64,000 nt of DNA from Octopus vulgaris (taxonomy: Eukaryota), in NCBI GenBank assembly GCA_951406725.2, contig OX597832.1, positions 11,222,001-11,286,000 on the forward strand. The letters are read 5' to 3'. A program made the translations under genes and the position numbers. Positions 52,372 through 64,000 of the stretch are shown piece after piece (positions within the stretch are counted from its first letter, which is position 1; the number at the start of each line of letters is the position of its first letter). Under the pieces are notes generated by a model. That model searched no databases. It had not been told where the DNA came from and saw nothing but the letters and a program-made list of their open reading frames with translations.

Positions 52372-52375
<4 letters not shown>
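52160..52375 (-). mobile_element. Probable PLE terminal fragment in (TA)n with degenerate hammerhead (52263-52323)
   Basis: Minus strand gataa-ATGAAAA-gatg...catc-c-GAAA-ctcggag-TT-ttatc. Helices I-III are present and the first core box is mutated. Confidence 0.5.
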
Positions 52376-52426
<51 letters not shown>

Positions 52427-53494
52427 TAACAGTTTGTTTCAGCTCCATATGACTTTAATGTACTCGGACATGTAAGTTGCGTTCAAATCATCGTCTAGAA
52501 AGAGAGGAATGCGAGATTTGATACGGATTCGAGGTAGATTTTTACATGCGAGTCTTCCATTGAATAGCTCAGGTCACGAGGTATTAAGGCTACGAATGCG
52601 ACATCAGCTATTTTCTTTGTCTCCGCCTCCATGCCAGGACAGGATGTTGGCAGGATGCTGGCGCCCCTTCGCTGCCAGTCTGCGGAGTGCTTTACAGAGT
52701 GAGTTCAGTTCTTCGTTTTGGTTTGACACATGATTGCGTGGGATTTTGGCGTCAGTCTGTAGCTCCGTCGAGCATTAACACAACAGCAGCCATTTTTTAT
52801 GTGGTAGGTGGCTCATATTATCTCTAAGCATAATTTTGTACGGGATATGGATTACAGATGCCGATGTGTCTAAGGCAATGAGTAATTAAGAAAAAAAATC
52901 TAACAAGAGAAGCTTGTATGCAGTCGCTCTTTATGGTTAAAAAGCATTCAACCCTGTTGCTGTTTCAAGAAAGTAAAGGCTGATGTAGTCTCCTTCAGTA
53001 AGCACATGATGGTCATGGTTTTAGCATCGCCACTCAGTTCATTTATCAAATCAGAGTTCCCTAATACCAAACAACCTCTATGTATGCAAAATTATAAAAT
53101 TAGCAGTGATCACCCCGGAAACGAAAGTCCAATTAGTAGCTGGTTCACATGCCTATAGATGTCCAATATCTCGCAAATTTCCTCCTTAAAAAGATAAGGG
53201 CCTACTAGAACAAAGACAAGTGAATCAATAAATAGATGTACGTCTGAAATTATGATGCATACTAAGTTGATGCAGGCGCACTAGAGCATCGAAAAAAAAT
53301 GCCTTGAAATGTTTAGCTTTCGTCCTTCATAAGCGAATGTTTGACTTCTAACGGCATTGATTTGCTTTTGTAGAATGTGGTATTGATAAAATAAATATTG
53401 TTATATTTGGATCGATGAAATTGTCATCATAACATCTAATTCACTATTCTACATGGGAAACGACACACACGCCTAAACACACACACAAACACGC

Positions 53495-53830
53495 ACATAT
53501 ATATTCATTTATTATCTATCTACCTATATATATATATTTATATGTATATCCATATATATGTATATTCATTTATTATCTATCTACCTATATATATATATAT
53601 TTATATATACATGTATATATATATATGTATATATATATGTATATATATATATTCATATACATGTATATATATATGTATATATATATATTCATATACATGT
53701 ATATATGTGTATATATATATTTATATACATGTATATATGTGTATATATATATTCATATACATGTATATATGTGTATATATATATTTATATACATGTATAT
53801 ATGTATATATATATATATTCATCTATAATA
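53495..53830. repeat. Complex TA-rich minisatellite (atatacatgtatat units)
   Basis: Direct inspection. Confidence 0.9.
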
Positions 53831-54486
53831 GATCATTATTTAGCACGTTACTTAATTTAAACTTCTGATTCCAAATGACATTATCTGTGAATTATTTATT
53901 AAGATCTATAAAATTGTAAATGTGTAATCCATATTTCATAAAACTCAGAAGTGATAATGGGATGAATAGATTAAAGGTTTATGGCATCTGTTAAGAATAC
54001 GGAATTGAGGATCTGAATACGAATCAGAACAGGACGCATTGTGTGTCATATTACTGATTCCAAATCTATCTCAACATTTCAATATGAATATTTACTTCTA
54101 TGAAATGAATATTTACTTGAGTAAATATTCATATAGGTTTTGTTTCCTTACACAGCAACAGTGAATATTTATATATTGATATTATTAAGTTTAATGAAAT
54201 TTCGGTGACAAGATTTAACAAACCAACATTTGCTGACACAGCTATGGACAAGTTGTGACAATATGAATAATTTCTTTTATATGGTGCTCTGTCAAAATAA
54301 GTCTTTAAATTCCTTCTTCATTTCATAAATAAAAGAACATCAAGAAATCAACGTGAAGGACGTGATAGATTAACACTTTGAATTCTCAGATGCACGGTTA
54401 GATAATACCCTTATTAGAACATTATATATCAGAGAGAAAGAGAGAGAGAAGGGGGCAGAAACTGTGTATATAGGCGTGCCCATGTG

Positions 54487-54532
<46 letters not shown>

Positions 54533-54631
54533 TATAACGTTTTCTCAAACAATATTAATAGCGTTCAGTAAGTCACTATACATATCCATCATTTTTTGCT
54601 AAAATGTCTTATTGACGAGTTTCGTTTTTTC

Positions 54632-54718
54632 ACTTCCCTCAAGAGAAGATTGCATTGTTTTATAACATTTATTCTTTTGAATAATACCAGTGAAATCTTC
54701 GAAACATGTGTCGAAAGT
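54632..54718 (+). ncRNA. Hammerhead-like motif with one core mutation, in a repeat fragment between (TA)n tracts
   Basis: acttcc-CTCAAGA-gaagatt...aatcttc-GAAAC-atgt-GTC-gaaagt. 7-bp helix II, GUC site, G5>C. Confidence 0.6.
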
Positions 54719-54756
54719 AAAAGTATTCGATTTATACCTGTGTTAAACTCCATTTT

Positions 54757-54845
<89 letters not shown>

Positions 54846-54848
<3 letters not shown>

Positions 54849-55105
54849 GCAAAATGGAACAAGAACGTAAAACATCCGGACAGTTAGTTGATACAAAATT
54901 GGGACAACAAACATCCAGGTAGACGATACAAAGAAATACAAAGAAAACAAGACAGGTCATTCAAAGTTTTCTTTCCTCAGTCGAGTACCAGATTATCTTC
55001 GCAATTTCAGCTAATTTTACTCGAGATTGCTCCAATCTGGCCAGCCCCAAGGAAAAAATTAAGCTAAGAGCATGAGATTCCTTGGAAGAAAGCAGCGAAT
55101 GTATA
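54846..55105 (-). mobile_element. Interspersed repeat, copy 2 of 41873-42118
   Basis: Reverse-complement homology. Confidence 0.6.
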
Positions 55106-56244
55106 GAAATATATATGTATGTATATGTATATATAATGAAAATGATCAGAAATGTTTACCTCTGCATGCAGCACCTCTGTTAACATCGACTTTCTGAGAA
55201 TGTATGAAGAATAATTTACTCAGGAGACATTTATTTATAATTAACAGAAAATCGAGAATGCTATCATACATCGTAAGGAATATATAACGAGAGAAGGAGG
55301 AATTTACTGGTAGTACATTTATTCCTCAGTTGCAAAGTGATTCTATATCGTGCAGTAACAACTCGAATACAATGAATGAAGACATGTATGACATCACTAT
55401 TCTTGTGGCAATAATGCGGAGTATATAATTATCTCCTCAGAGCCATTAGTTGCTTATGGATAGATGACATTGAGGAGATCATTATGTAATATGCATTATA
55501 CAAATGACACAAAATACCTATATTCTCATCTCCGTCTCACTAAAGGATATTACGTATGCGCCGCTCAAAGCATGCACCGTGTTCATATAAGCAAAAATTA
55601 TATGTGTTTTCGTCTTTAATAGCTTCTGATTTCTTGACAGGAAATATTACCGTCACTATTATTTATCTTTGTTATACTGAAAGAGTAATTATACGGGTTA
55701 TTATTATATTATTGTATTTATAGTGATTTCCTAATACTTCTTAAATTTGATAAATACGGAAGACGTGAAAGCTATTTTGATATACATTTGTATTTATCAG
55801 AAGTTTTTAACGAACAGTAAGAATGTTGAGTTTTAATGCATTGGAGAGAAATAAATGTCATGATAAACACGCATAATTTCCCGGAAGAGACGTGAAATCA
55901 CAGCTTGTGTCATTGTTATAACTGACAAACCAGGAAATGAATTGGAAAGGGAAGATTATGTTTTTATATGTTGGTGTGTATATGTATACACTCAGAAAAG
56001 TATATACAAACATATGTATATGTGTGTATATATACATACACATAAATGTAAATGATTGTATATACATATGTGTTTATATAGATATAGATACGTAAATGCA
56101 TATATGCTTGTAAATATTCATACATATATAAATATATACATGTATATACAGATATACGTATATATGTATATATATATGCATATATATATACACACACACA
56201 CATATATGCATTATAACAAAACTGTGTATTTATGTATGTATGTG

Positions 56245-56277
<33 letters not shown>

Positions 56278-56839
56278 GTATGTATGTATACTTGTGCGTC
56301 TGTGTCAGCTTGTGTATATATTTTCAGGAGAAACGCTATTGCATGTATCAAAGAAATTACATAAGTATATACGATTATATATGTTTGAGCGTGTGCACAT
56401 TGGCGTTTTAGCACGTGATACCTTTCGCATAAATATACGTAAGTTTTAACTTTCTAATGCGTATTTTGATATATCATAACGCCAGCGGAGCTTTTTAAGA
56501 TAGTAGATCCACGTTTCCAAACAGCCTGACTTTAGGCAACAAAGTGAAGTGGCTTCTCTGTAAGCTGAGATTAAGTGCATATTTTCTACCGCAAACTGTA
56601 ATATATTCCGTCTAATATATTATAAGATCCATTTTGGTGGCGTCAGCATTCTTACTATTATACAAATATACATGGTTGCCCATCCAGTTACATGTAAATG
56701 ATATGGGAAACTGTCAAGTAAGGGCAAAATGTTGATATAGAAAAATGAAACACACTTTAGAGAAATGAAAACACGAACAGAAGAATAAAATTAATAAAAA
56801 AAAATCTATAGCCAAGAAAATAATGACGTACTCATAATT

Positions 56840-56993
56840 GAACGTACGTATATATGTATATACGAATATATATGAATCGACACACATGAATGTATACATA
56901 CATAGGTATATATATATATATGCGTGTGTGTGTATGTATATATATGTACATATATATATATGCACATGTATATATATATACATATATGTAAAC

Positions 56994-57049
<56 letters not shown>

Positions 57050-57132
57050 TATATATATATATATGTATATATATATATGTACATATATATATATGTACAT
57101 ATATATATATGTACATATATATATATATGTAC

Positions 57133-57164
<32 letters not shown>

Positions 57165-57203
57165 GTACATATATATATATATATGTACATATATATATAT
57201 ATA

Positions 57204-57252
<49 letters not shown>
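56840..57252. repeat. (TA)n with periodic gtac interruptions
   Basis: Direct inspection. Confidence 0.95.
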
Positions 57253-57256
<4 letters not shown>

Positions 57257-59582
57257 AAATACTTATGCCAACTACCCTCGACTTGGCTTTGCCTCTAGGC
57301 ACGAATCTCCCAGTTAAGTGATATGAAAGAGCATTGACTTAGACTTGTTAGTGAGTTCTTAAACTCTGTTCATAATGGTTTATTTTCTGTCTGAAGAAAT
57401 ATTTGCATACAAAAGCGGTGACTATGAACTATCAAAACGCCTTGTCTGGTTATAGTGATGTGCTTCTCTTAACCAAATTCTTTGGAATGAAATGTTTATT
57501 GTAATTGTCAGAACAGAAACTGCTACAAAGTAGTAGGGATGTGTACTTACTTAGTGTTGACAGTGAGGAAAGTATTGTAGCCTTATTATTGATTTTACTT
57601 AGAAGCTGATGCAATGTTAGACATTATACAGTTCTGTTTCATATATCATTCAATAATTACTTCTGCCATTTTGCGTTTGAAGTTCAAATCACACTGGGTT
57701 ACATTTCTCCTTTTAGCTTTTCGGTTTCGATAAAATATATGTCAGGTATTTAATTGGCCGGTTCTCGCTTCAACCTACAAATATTGTAACCTTTTTTTCG
57801 CTATTTTTTTATCTCATCATAAATCAATACCGATATCTGATGCAACGGAATATATTTAGATATAAAATCGAACGATAAGACGTGGTCTGACCTTAATAGC
57901 ATTTAGTGGGCATTTACGAAAAGTGTACAGGAGGCGATTGTGCTAGAACTCCTACATATACGAAGGGTGACACATTTTCACAATCACGCAAATGTGTAAT
58001 TTCAAAACATAATAGTGAACTTTGACGATCTCACGTCAAGAAGACATCCTGATTATTTTAGTTTTTCGGAAATAATGAGATATTCACGGCGTAGTTAAGC
58101 GAAGATAATATACAGGAACAGCTGATTGGAATGTGGTTAGTCCCTTGATCTAACACATGTGTTCTTGTATCGATTTTTTTGTTTCGTTCATATTCTGCAT
58201 TCACTCATTACGGTTTGTTTTTCCGTGGTCTCACTCACACATGACCGCACATATTAGTCTACTTGCTAAGTCTCAAATACACATATAAATTTGAAACAAA
58301 AGAGTTTATCGCTTACGATACTCATGTATATGCCTGTGTACGGGTGTGCCTTTACGCGTTGGGGTGTATGCGTGCATTTCCGAAACATCATGAATACGAG
58401 TGTGTTGTTGTTGTTGTTGTTGTTTCTAGTAGTAGTGTACTTTTAGTCAATTCCAGTGGAACAATAATTGCATAAGCTGTTTAATTACGAAGCTTTTTAT
58501 GTGCATAAAAAGCTTTATAGTGTATGATATGTACATACTTTTCCAAGCACTGCAACTATCTCGAGAAATAAGCTCCTTTTCTAGAATTTGTTCCCCATGA
58601 GGCAGCAGAAGAAGACACTATACTTGCTTGCCGTGCAGGGAATTCGAACATGGCATTGCACAGTCCGAAAATCGAAATGTTTAACCACACTGCTTGTCTG
58701 AACAAATGCAACTAAACTGAACGAGAATGGACATTTTTTTTCATTCGTTTACATTATCTGACGTTGTCTGACATTGTCTAACATCATGTTCACTTGTAGC
58801 GAGCGAAGAAGTTAAAAATTGTTTGGCCATTTCATTCAAAATTACATTGATTGTAACAAAAGTTTAAATAGGTTACATTGATCTAGACAGACTTTAGCAC
58901 AGAAGACTGTAAGGCAACGAATTTGATACCTGTAAATATGTATTATACCGAAACTACAAGTGTACTAACTTGACAGCATTCCAGTTCTACACTGACATAT
59001 GACAAGTCATATGATAGAAAGTTTTCACATTCCGGTTTAAACTGACAAATTTCTGCATGCAGGAATAAACATCTGATCAAAGCAGAGACGTTTTCCTTAA
59101 CCTTTCACTTCAGAAAAGACCGTACAAGACATTGTTTTGTTTTACATTAAAAAAAAAAAAAACTCGCATAAAATAAAACGAAAGAAATTCTATTTTTAGT
59201 GAAAATATATCTGACGTATATCGACATAGCGAAGATAAATCATGTAAAGAAATGAAATCTGTTGAAATATATTATTAATATATTCGTATGTATGTTTATA
59301 TCTGTTATCAATCAATGTTTTAAACGCCACACTTTATTTGTTTTGTCTGGGAGGAAACGGCACTACCCATGACGTGACAGGCGCTCCGTGACTGCAGAAA
59401 TCGATTTCATAGATATTCCGTTTAAAATGTTCCAAGACGACGAATGCAGAGGAAGAAGGAAAGCCAGTACCGACATTTAGAAATGATGGGGCATTATTAT
59501 TTCTGGGTGAGGGTTAACTGGAAAAACCGTGGGTGTTAAGGGAGCATAACTAGAAGCATGAAACCAACCACCTATGAAGCAC

Positions 59583-59875
59583 ATCTCTCTCTCTCTTTCT
59601 ATGACTCTCTCTCTTTCTCTCTCTCCCTCTTTTTTTCTCTCTCTCTCTCTCTCTTTCTATGTCTCTCTCTTTCCATCTCTCTCTCCCTCTCTATGTATAT
59701 CTCTCTCTCTCTGTCTCTCTTTCTATGTCTCTCTTTCTGTCTTTCCATCTCTCTCTATCCCCCTCTCTATGTCTATCTCCCTCTGTCTGTCTTTCCCTCT
59801 CTCACTCTTTCTATGTCTCTTTTTCTTTCCTTCTCTCTCTCTCTATCTCTCCTATATTTCTCTCTTTCCATCTAC

Positions 59876-59918
<43 letters not shown>
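59583..59918. repeat. Degenerate (CT)n polypyrimidine tract
   Basis: Direct inspection. Confidence 0.95.
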
Positions 59919-59919
<1 letters not shown>

Positions 59920-60460
59920 GAAACGGTGTTGGGTGAAATCGTTTAATCAAAATTTTGTTAATCTGGGGATATGTTCATGGAAGATATACCGCACTACACC
60001 TTGTTTATATAATAGGAAAATCATTTTAATTCATTGACATTTGTGCTGTGTCACTCGATTCGCCAGAAATAGCAACCAGGCCTCACTCAAAGTTCACGGT
60101 GCATCTTAAAAGAAGAAAATCACGCATTATGCAACGTACTCCTAGATAATGTGGAACAAATTGGTAAATCAATAAAAACCGAATTCTGTTCTAGTTCATT
60201 TTGATCTGGTGCTGAACAACCAACATAACACAGACAAACTTATCTTCGTATATTGTGCACAATGATAATCAGCTTGTAAGCTAGTATTCTGTTCCGTTTG
60301 ATTCCTAAGAGTCGATTAGAACCCACTTCAAATTGCAGCACCTTGCAGCAAAACACATTCACACCTTGCAGCAAAACACATTCAACAACTAAAAATAAAC
60401 AATGAACGAGCCGAGTTTGTCAAACTCAGACACACTACACCCTTATAAATACACAAGAAT

Positions 60461-60498
<38 letters not shown>

Positions 60499-60869
60499 CT
60501 TTACAGGCTACGTCAGTGTGTGTAAGTCATTATACGTATTTCTTATATTGTGAGTATTTCGTTTAATTTCATTTTGTGAACTGTCTGATAAAAACATATC
60601 AGGTTTCAATAGTTATGTGGTTAAGCAGTATAAAATCTACTGCTCCGCGATCATAGTATTCCGTTTTGTTCCAAGATTAAATACCCTCGGGCTCGATTTG
60701 CTTTTACATCTTTACAAGGTATATAAAATAAAATACCAGTCTTTTGGGGGAATTCAAATCTTTAGAATACTGGCAATGATAATATATGGCTTTTATCCAA
60801 AGGAAAGAAATAAAATCAATTAATGTATACATATATGTGCGTGTGCGTGGTTGTGTAAATATGTGCATG

Positions 60870-61512
<643 letters not shown>

Positions 61513-61513
61513 T

Positions 61514-62250
61514 GAGTGACTCTCCCGTCGAAGACGATGAGTGAGCGTTGAGTGAGAAGATAGACACAGAATACATCCAGAGATACAATCAAACACACAT
61601 TCACATTATTATTACTGTTTTTCACCAATGTTTACGTTTTATTTACTACACCTTGTAACACCTTATGTTACGGAAAACAATATGGATATGAGTATGGCGC
61701 ATGAAACCATCTTGTGACGTAGGTGAGAAATCCCACTATGGACAATGCTTGCTTGTGGGAAGTTAGACAATCGTTGCTTGTCGGGAAGACTTTTCCCACA
61801 ACTGCTCTTAATGAAGTACCGTTTGAGTGTGGTAATTTTAAAGCTTGAAAATGCATTATCGCTTTCAGTCTGCAGGATTTCTCGCAATATTCTATGTTTT
61901 CTTTCCCAATATTCAAGCATTTAAATTAATTTTTTAATCTGTCCTTATACCATAGAAGTATCCGGCCTACATTGCAACGTGAATTTACAAGCTGCCCATA
62001 AAAAATCTCGTTTGCTCTTCAATTACTATTCATGCGAAGGATTTGTCCACTCCATAGCATCTGAGATATGATCAAGAAAGCTTCTCTACCGAGTATTCAG
62101 CATTCCAATATAGTGCTATTCTTCACTCTCTCATACCACTCAACCTTGTACATTTTCCAAACACATATCATATGAAAGGTGATCAGCGGACTGATGTGCC
62201 TACCATAAGTTGTACAAATCTCTACTCCGTGCAAAAGAGTTGTTACGACA
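61514..62250 (-). mobile_element. Decayed RTE-clade LINE, 3' portion
   Basis: Manual minus-strand translation TLLHGVEICTTYGRHISPLITFHMICVWKMYKVEWYERVKNSTILE...SQMLWSGQILRM...IFYGQL...GRILLWYKDRLK matches RTE LLYGxETW...FHxRCLR...W.DRVxN...LRWxGHVxRM...LYGEL...YKDxLK. Confidence 0.85.
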
Positions 62251-63384
62251 CCTGACACGTCTATTTTTGTCCTAACAGAAACAAATTAGACAATCCAACG
62301 TCGACCACAAAAATATATAATTTGAAAATAAAGATAAAGTCAAAATATATAAAGAATATATATACATATGTACACGTTATTGGATAGCCGTTGACAGACA
62401 TTTTACGGATTTATCATTCGTACGACTGGGCGTTCAACAATCACCCCTCCTCACCAAACAAGCTAGGTAGAGTCGTCAGTTTAGTCGGCCGCGACACGAC
62501 CATGCTACAAGTTGTACTGGATTACATATTACCACTAGCGCTGAAGAGCGACCTGACATAATATATATACACGTAAATAAATGTTTAAGTCTATGTGTGT
62601 GTACATGTATATAGATAAATGTACACAAACACACTCATATATATATATATATATGTGTGCGTGCGTGTGTGTGTGTGTATGTAAATAATGTAAAGAAAAC
62701 TATGGAAATGAAATTATATTTTGAAATATTTTGTAAACTGATTAATCTTTAAAACTCTTCCTAAATTTACCGTTTTGGCAGCAAAATTTCCTTATGTTCA
62801 TGTATACAGAGAAAATGGCTTGGAAAGATTAAAATATATAAAAGAAGCAACATCGATCGATACACACATGAATATAATATATATATATATATATACACAT
62901 ATATATTATATATATATATATATACACACAGGGTGAGAGGGAGGGATGGAGAGAGAGTTTAAAGTTGTCTAAATAATGCTTCCTTATATTTTCTTTTGTT
63001 TTGCCTGTTTCTGATCATATTATTCTAAATATGTTTCTATTTTCAATAAGCTAACTCTATGATGTTTCACATTAAAGCAGTAATTGCTGAAAAATGCCAA
63101 GCTGCAATATTTCATTCGCGTTTGTCTTAAATTTTATTAAAGAACTGAAATTATTTCTCTTTCGAATGTTACGAAAGTGGAACGTATATATTGAATTTCA
63201 AAAGAAATATATATATAAAAGTATGCGCAATTTTATACTATTCTTTGTATAAAGAGCATAGCATTGAAGTGTTCAAGCTCGCATTGCATTAAGCGTGTAT
63301 GGTTACGCATATAACTACACTCTCGAACATTCATATCTATGTAAATATGGCTATAATAAACACACTCACATTATTATACGTACA

Positions 63385-63830
63385 CCCACGTATATATATA
63401 TATATATGTGTGTGTGTGTATGTATGTGTGTATGTGTGTGTATGTATATGTGTGTATGTATATGTATATGTGTATATGTATATGTATGTATATATGTATA
63501 TGTATATATATACGTATGTATATGTATGTATATATGTATATGTATATATATACGTATGTATATATATATATATGTATATGTATGTATATATGTATATGTA
63601 TGTATATATGTATATGTATATATATGTATATGTATAATATGTATATGTATGTATATATGTATATGTATATATATACGTATGTATATATATATATGTATGT
63701 ATATATACGTATATATATATGTATGTATATATACGTATATATATATATGTATATATACATATATATATGCACACACACATTCACACACACACACACACAT
63801 ATATGCACGTACATTTGCGCGTGCGTGTGT
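63385..63830. repeat. (ATATGT)n/(TA)n/(CA)n compound microsatellite
   Basis: Direct inspection. Confidence 0.95.
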
Positions 63831-64000
63831 ATATGTGTTTGTATGCATTTCGGTGTATATTTATGTAAATTGGAATGTTTTTAAATGAAAAAAATGAATA
63901 CTAATATATTTCATTTAAGAAATAAAGGGATTTAAATAATTTAACGAATACAAACAATGGAGGAGTGTTACCAACATGGAAAGTATTCAATATAATAGGC

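Noticed and set aside
59355-59400. Promoter motifs (actacccat, catgacgtgac CRE/E-box-like)
   Set aside because: Short motifs expected by chance; no supported transcription start.

Overview
AT-rich, microsatellite-dense eukaryotic DNA, mostly intronic or intergenic. The SINE families and (TA)n/(CA)n/(TAGA)n load point to an octopus genome (inference from recalled repeat sequences, not a database result). Almost all ORFs in the supplied track are microsatellite or SINE artefacts. Supported content: about 20 tRNA-derived SINE copies from at least four families; decayed mariner, Tc1, RTE, R4/Dong-like and Penelope-like (PLE) elements; two copies of a non-autonomous Helitron; and a probable spliced protein-coding gene on the minus strand (in-phase exons 21256-21201 and 20628-20347) with no recognisable product. 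The most striking feature is a young, 5'-truncated PLE at 40227-41845 with a near-perfect 597-bp inverted repeat. Each arm carries an intact-looking minimal type I hammerhead ribozyme. At least four more hammerhead-like motifs from unrelated repeat families sit beside (TA)n tracts elsewhere in the window. Other oddities: a candidate recursive-splice site, a composite SINE containing an internal tRNA-Glu, a SINE trimer, and a Tc1 element remodelled by an inverted duplication of its own end plus flanking SINE.
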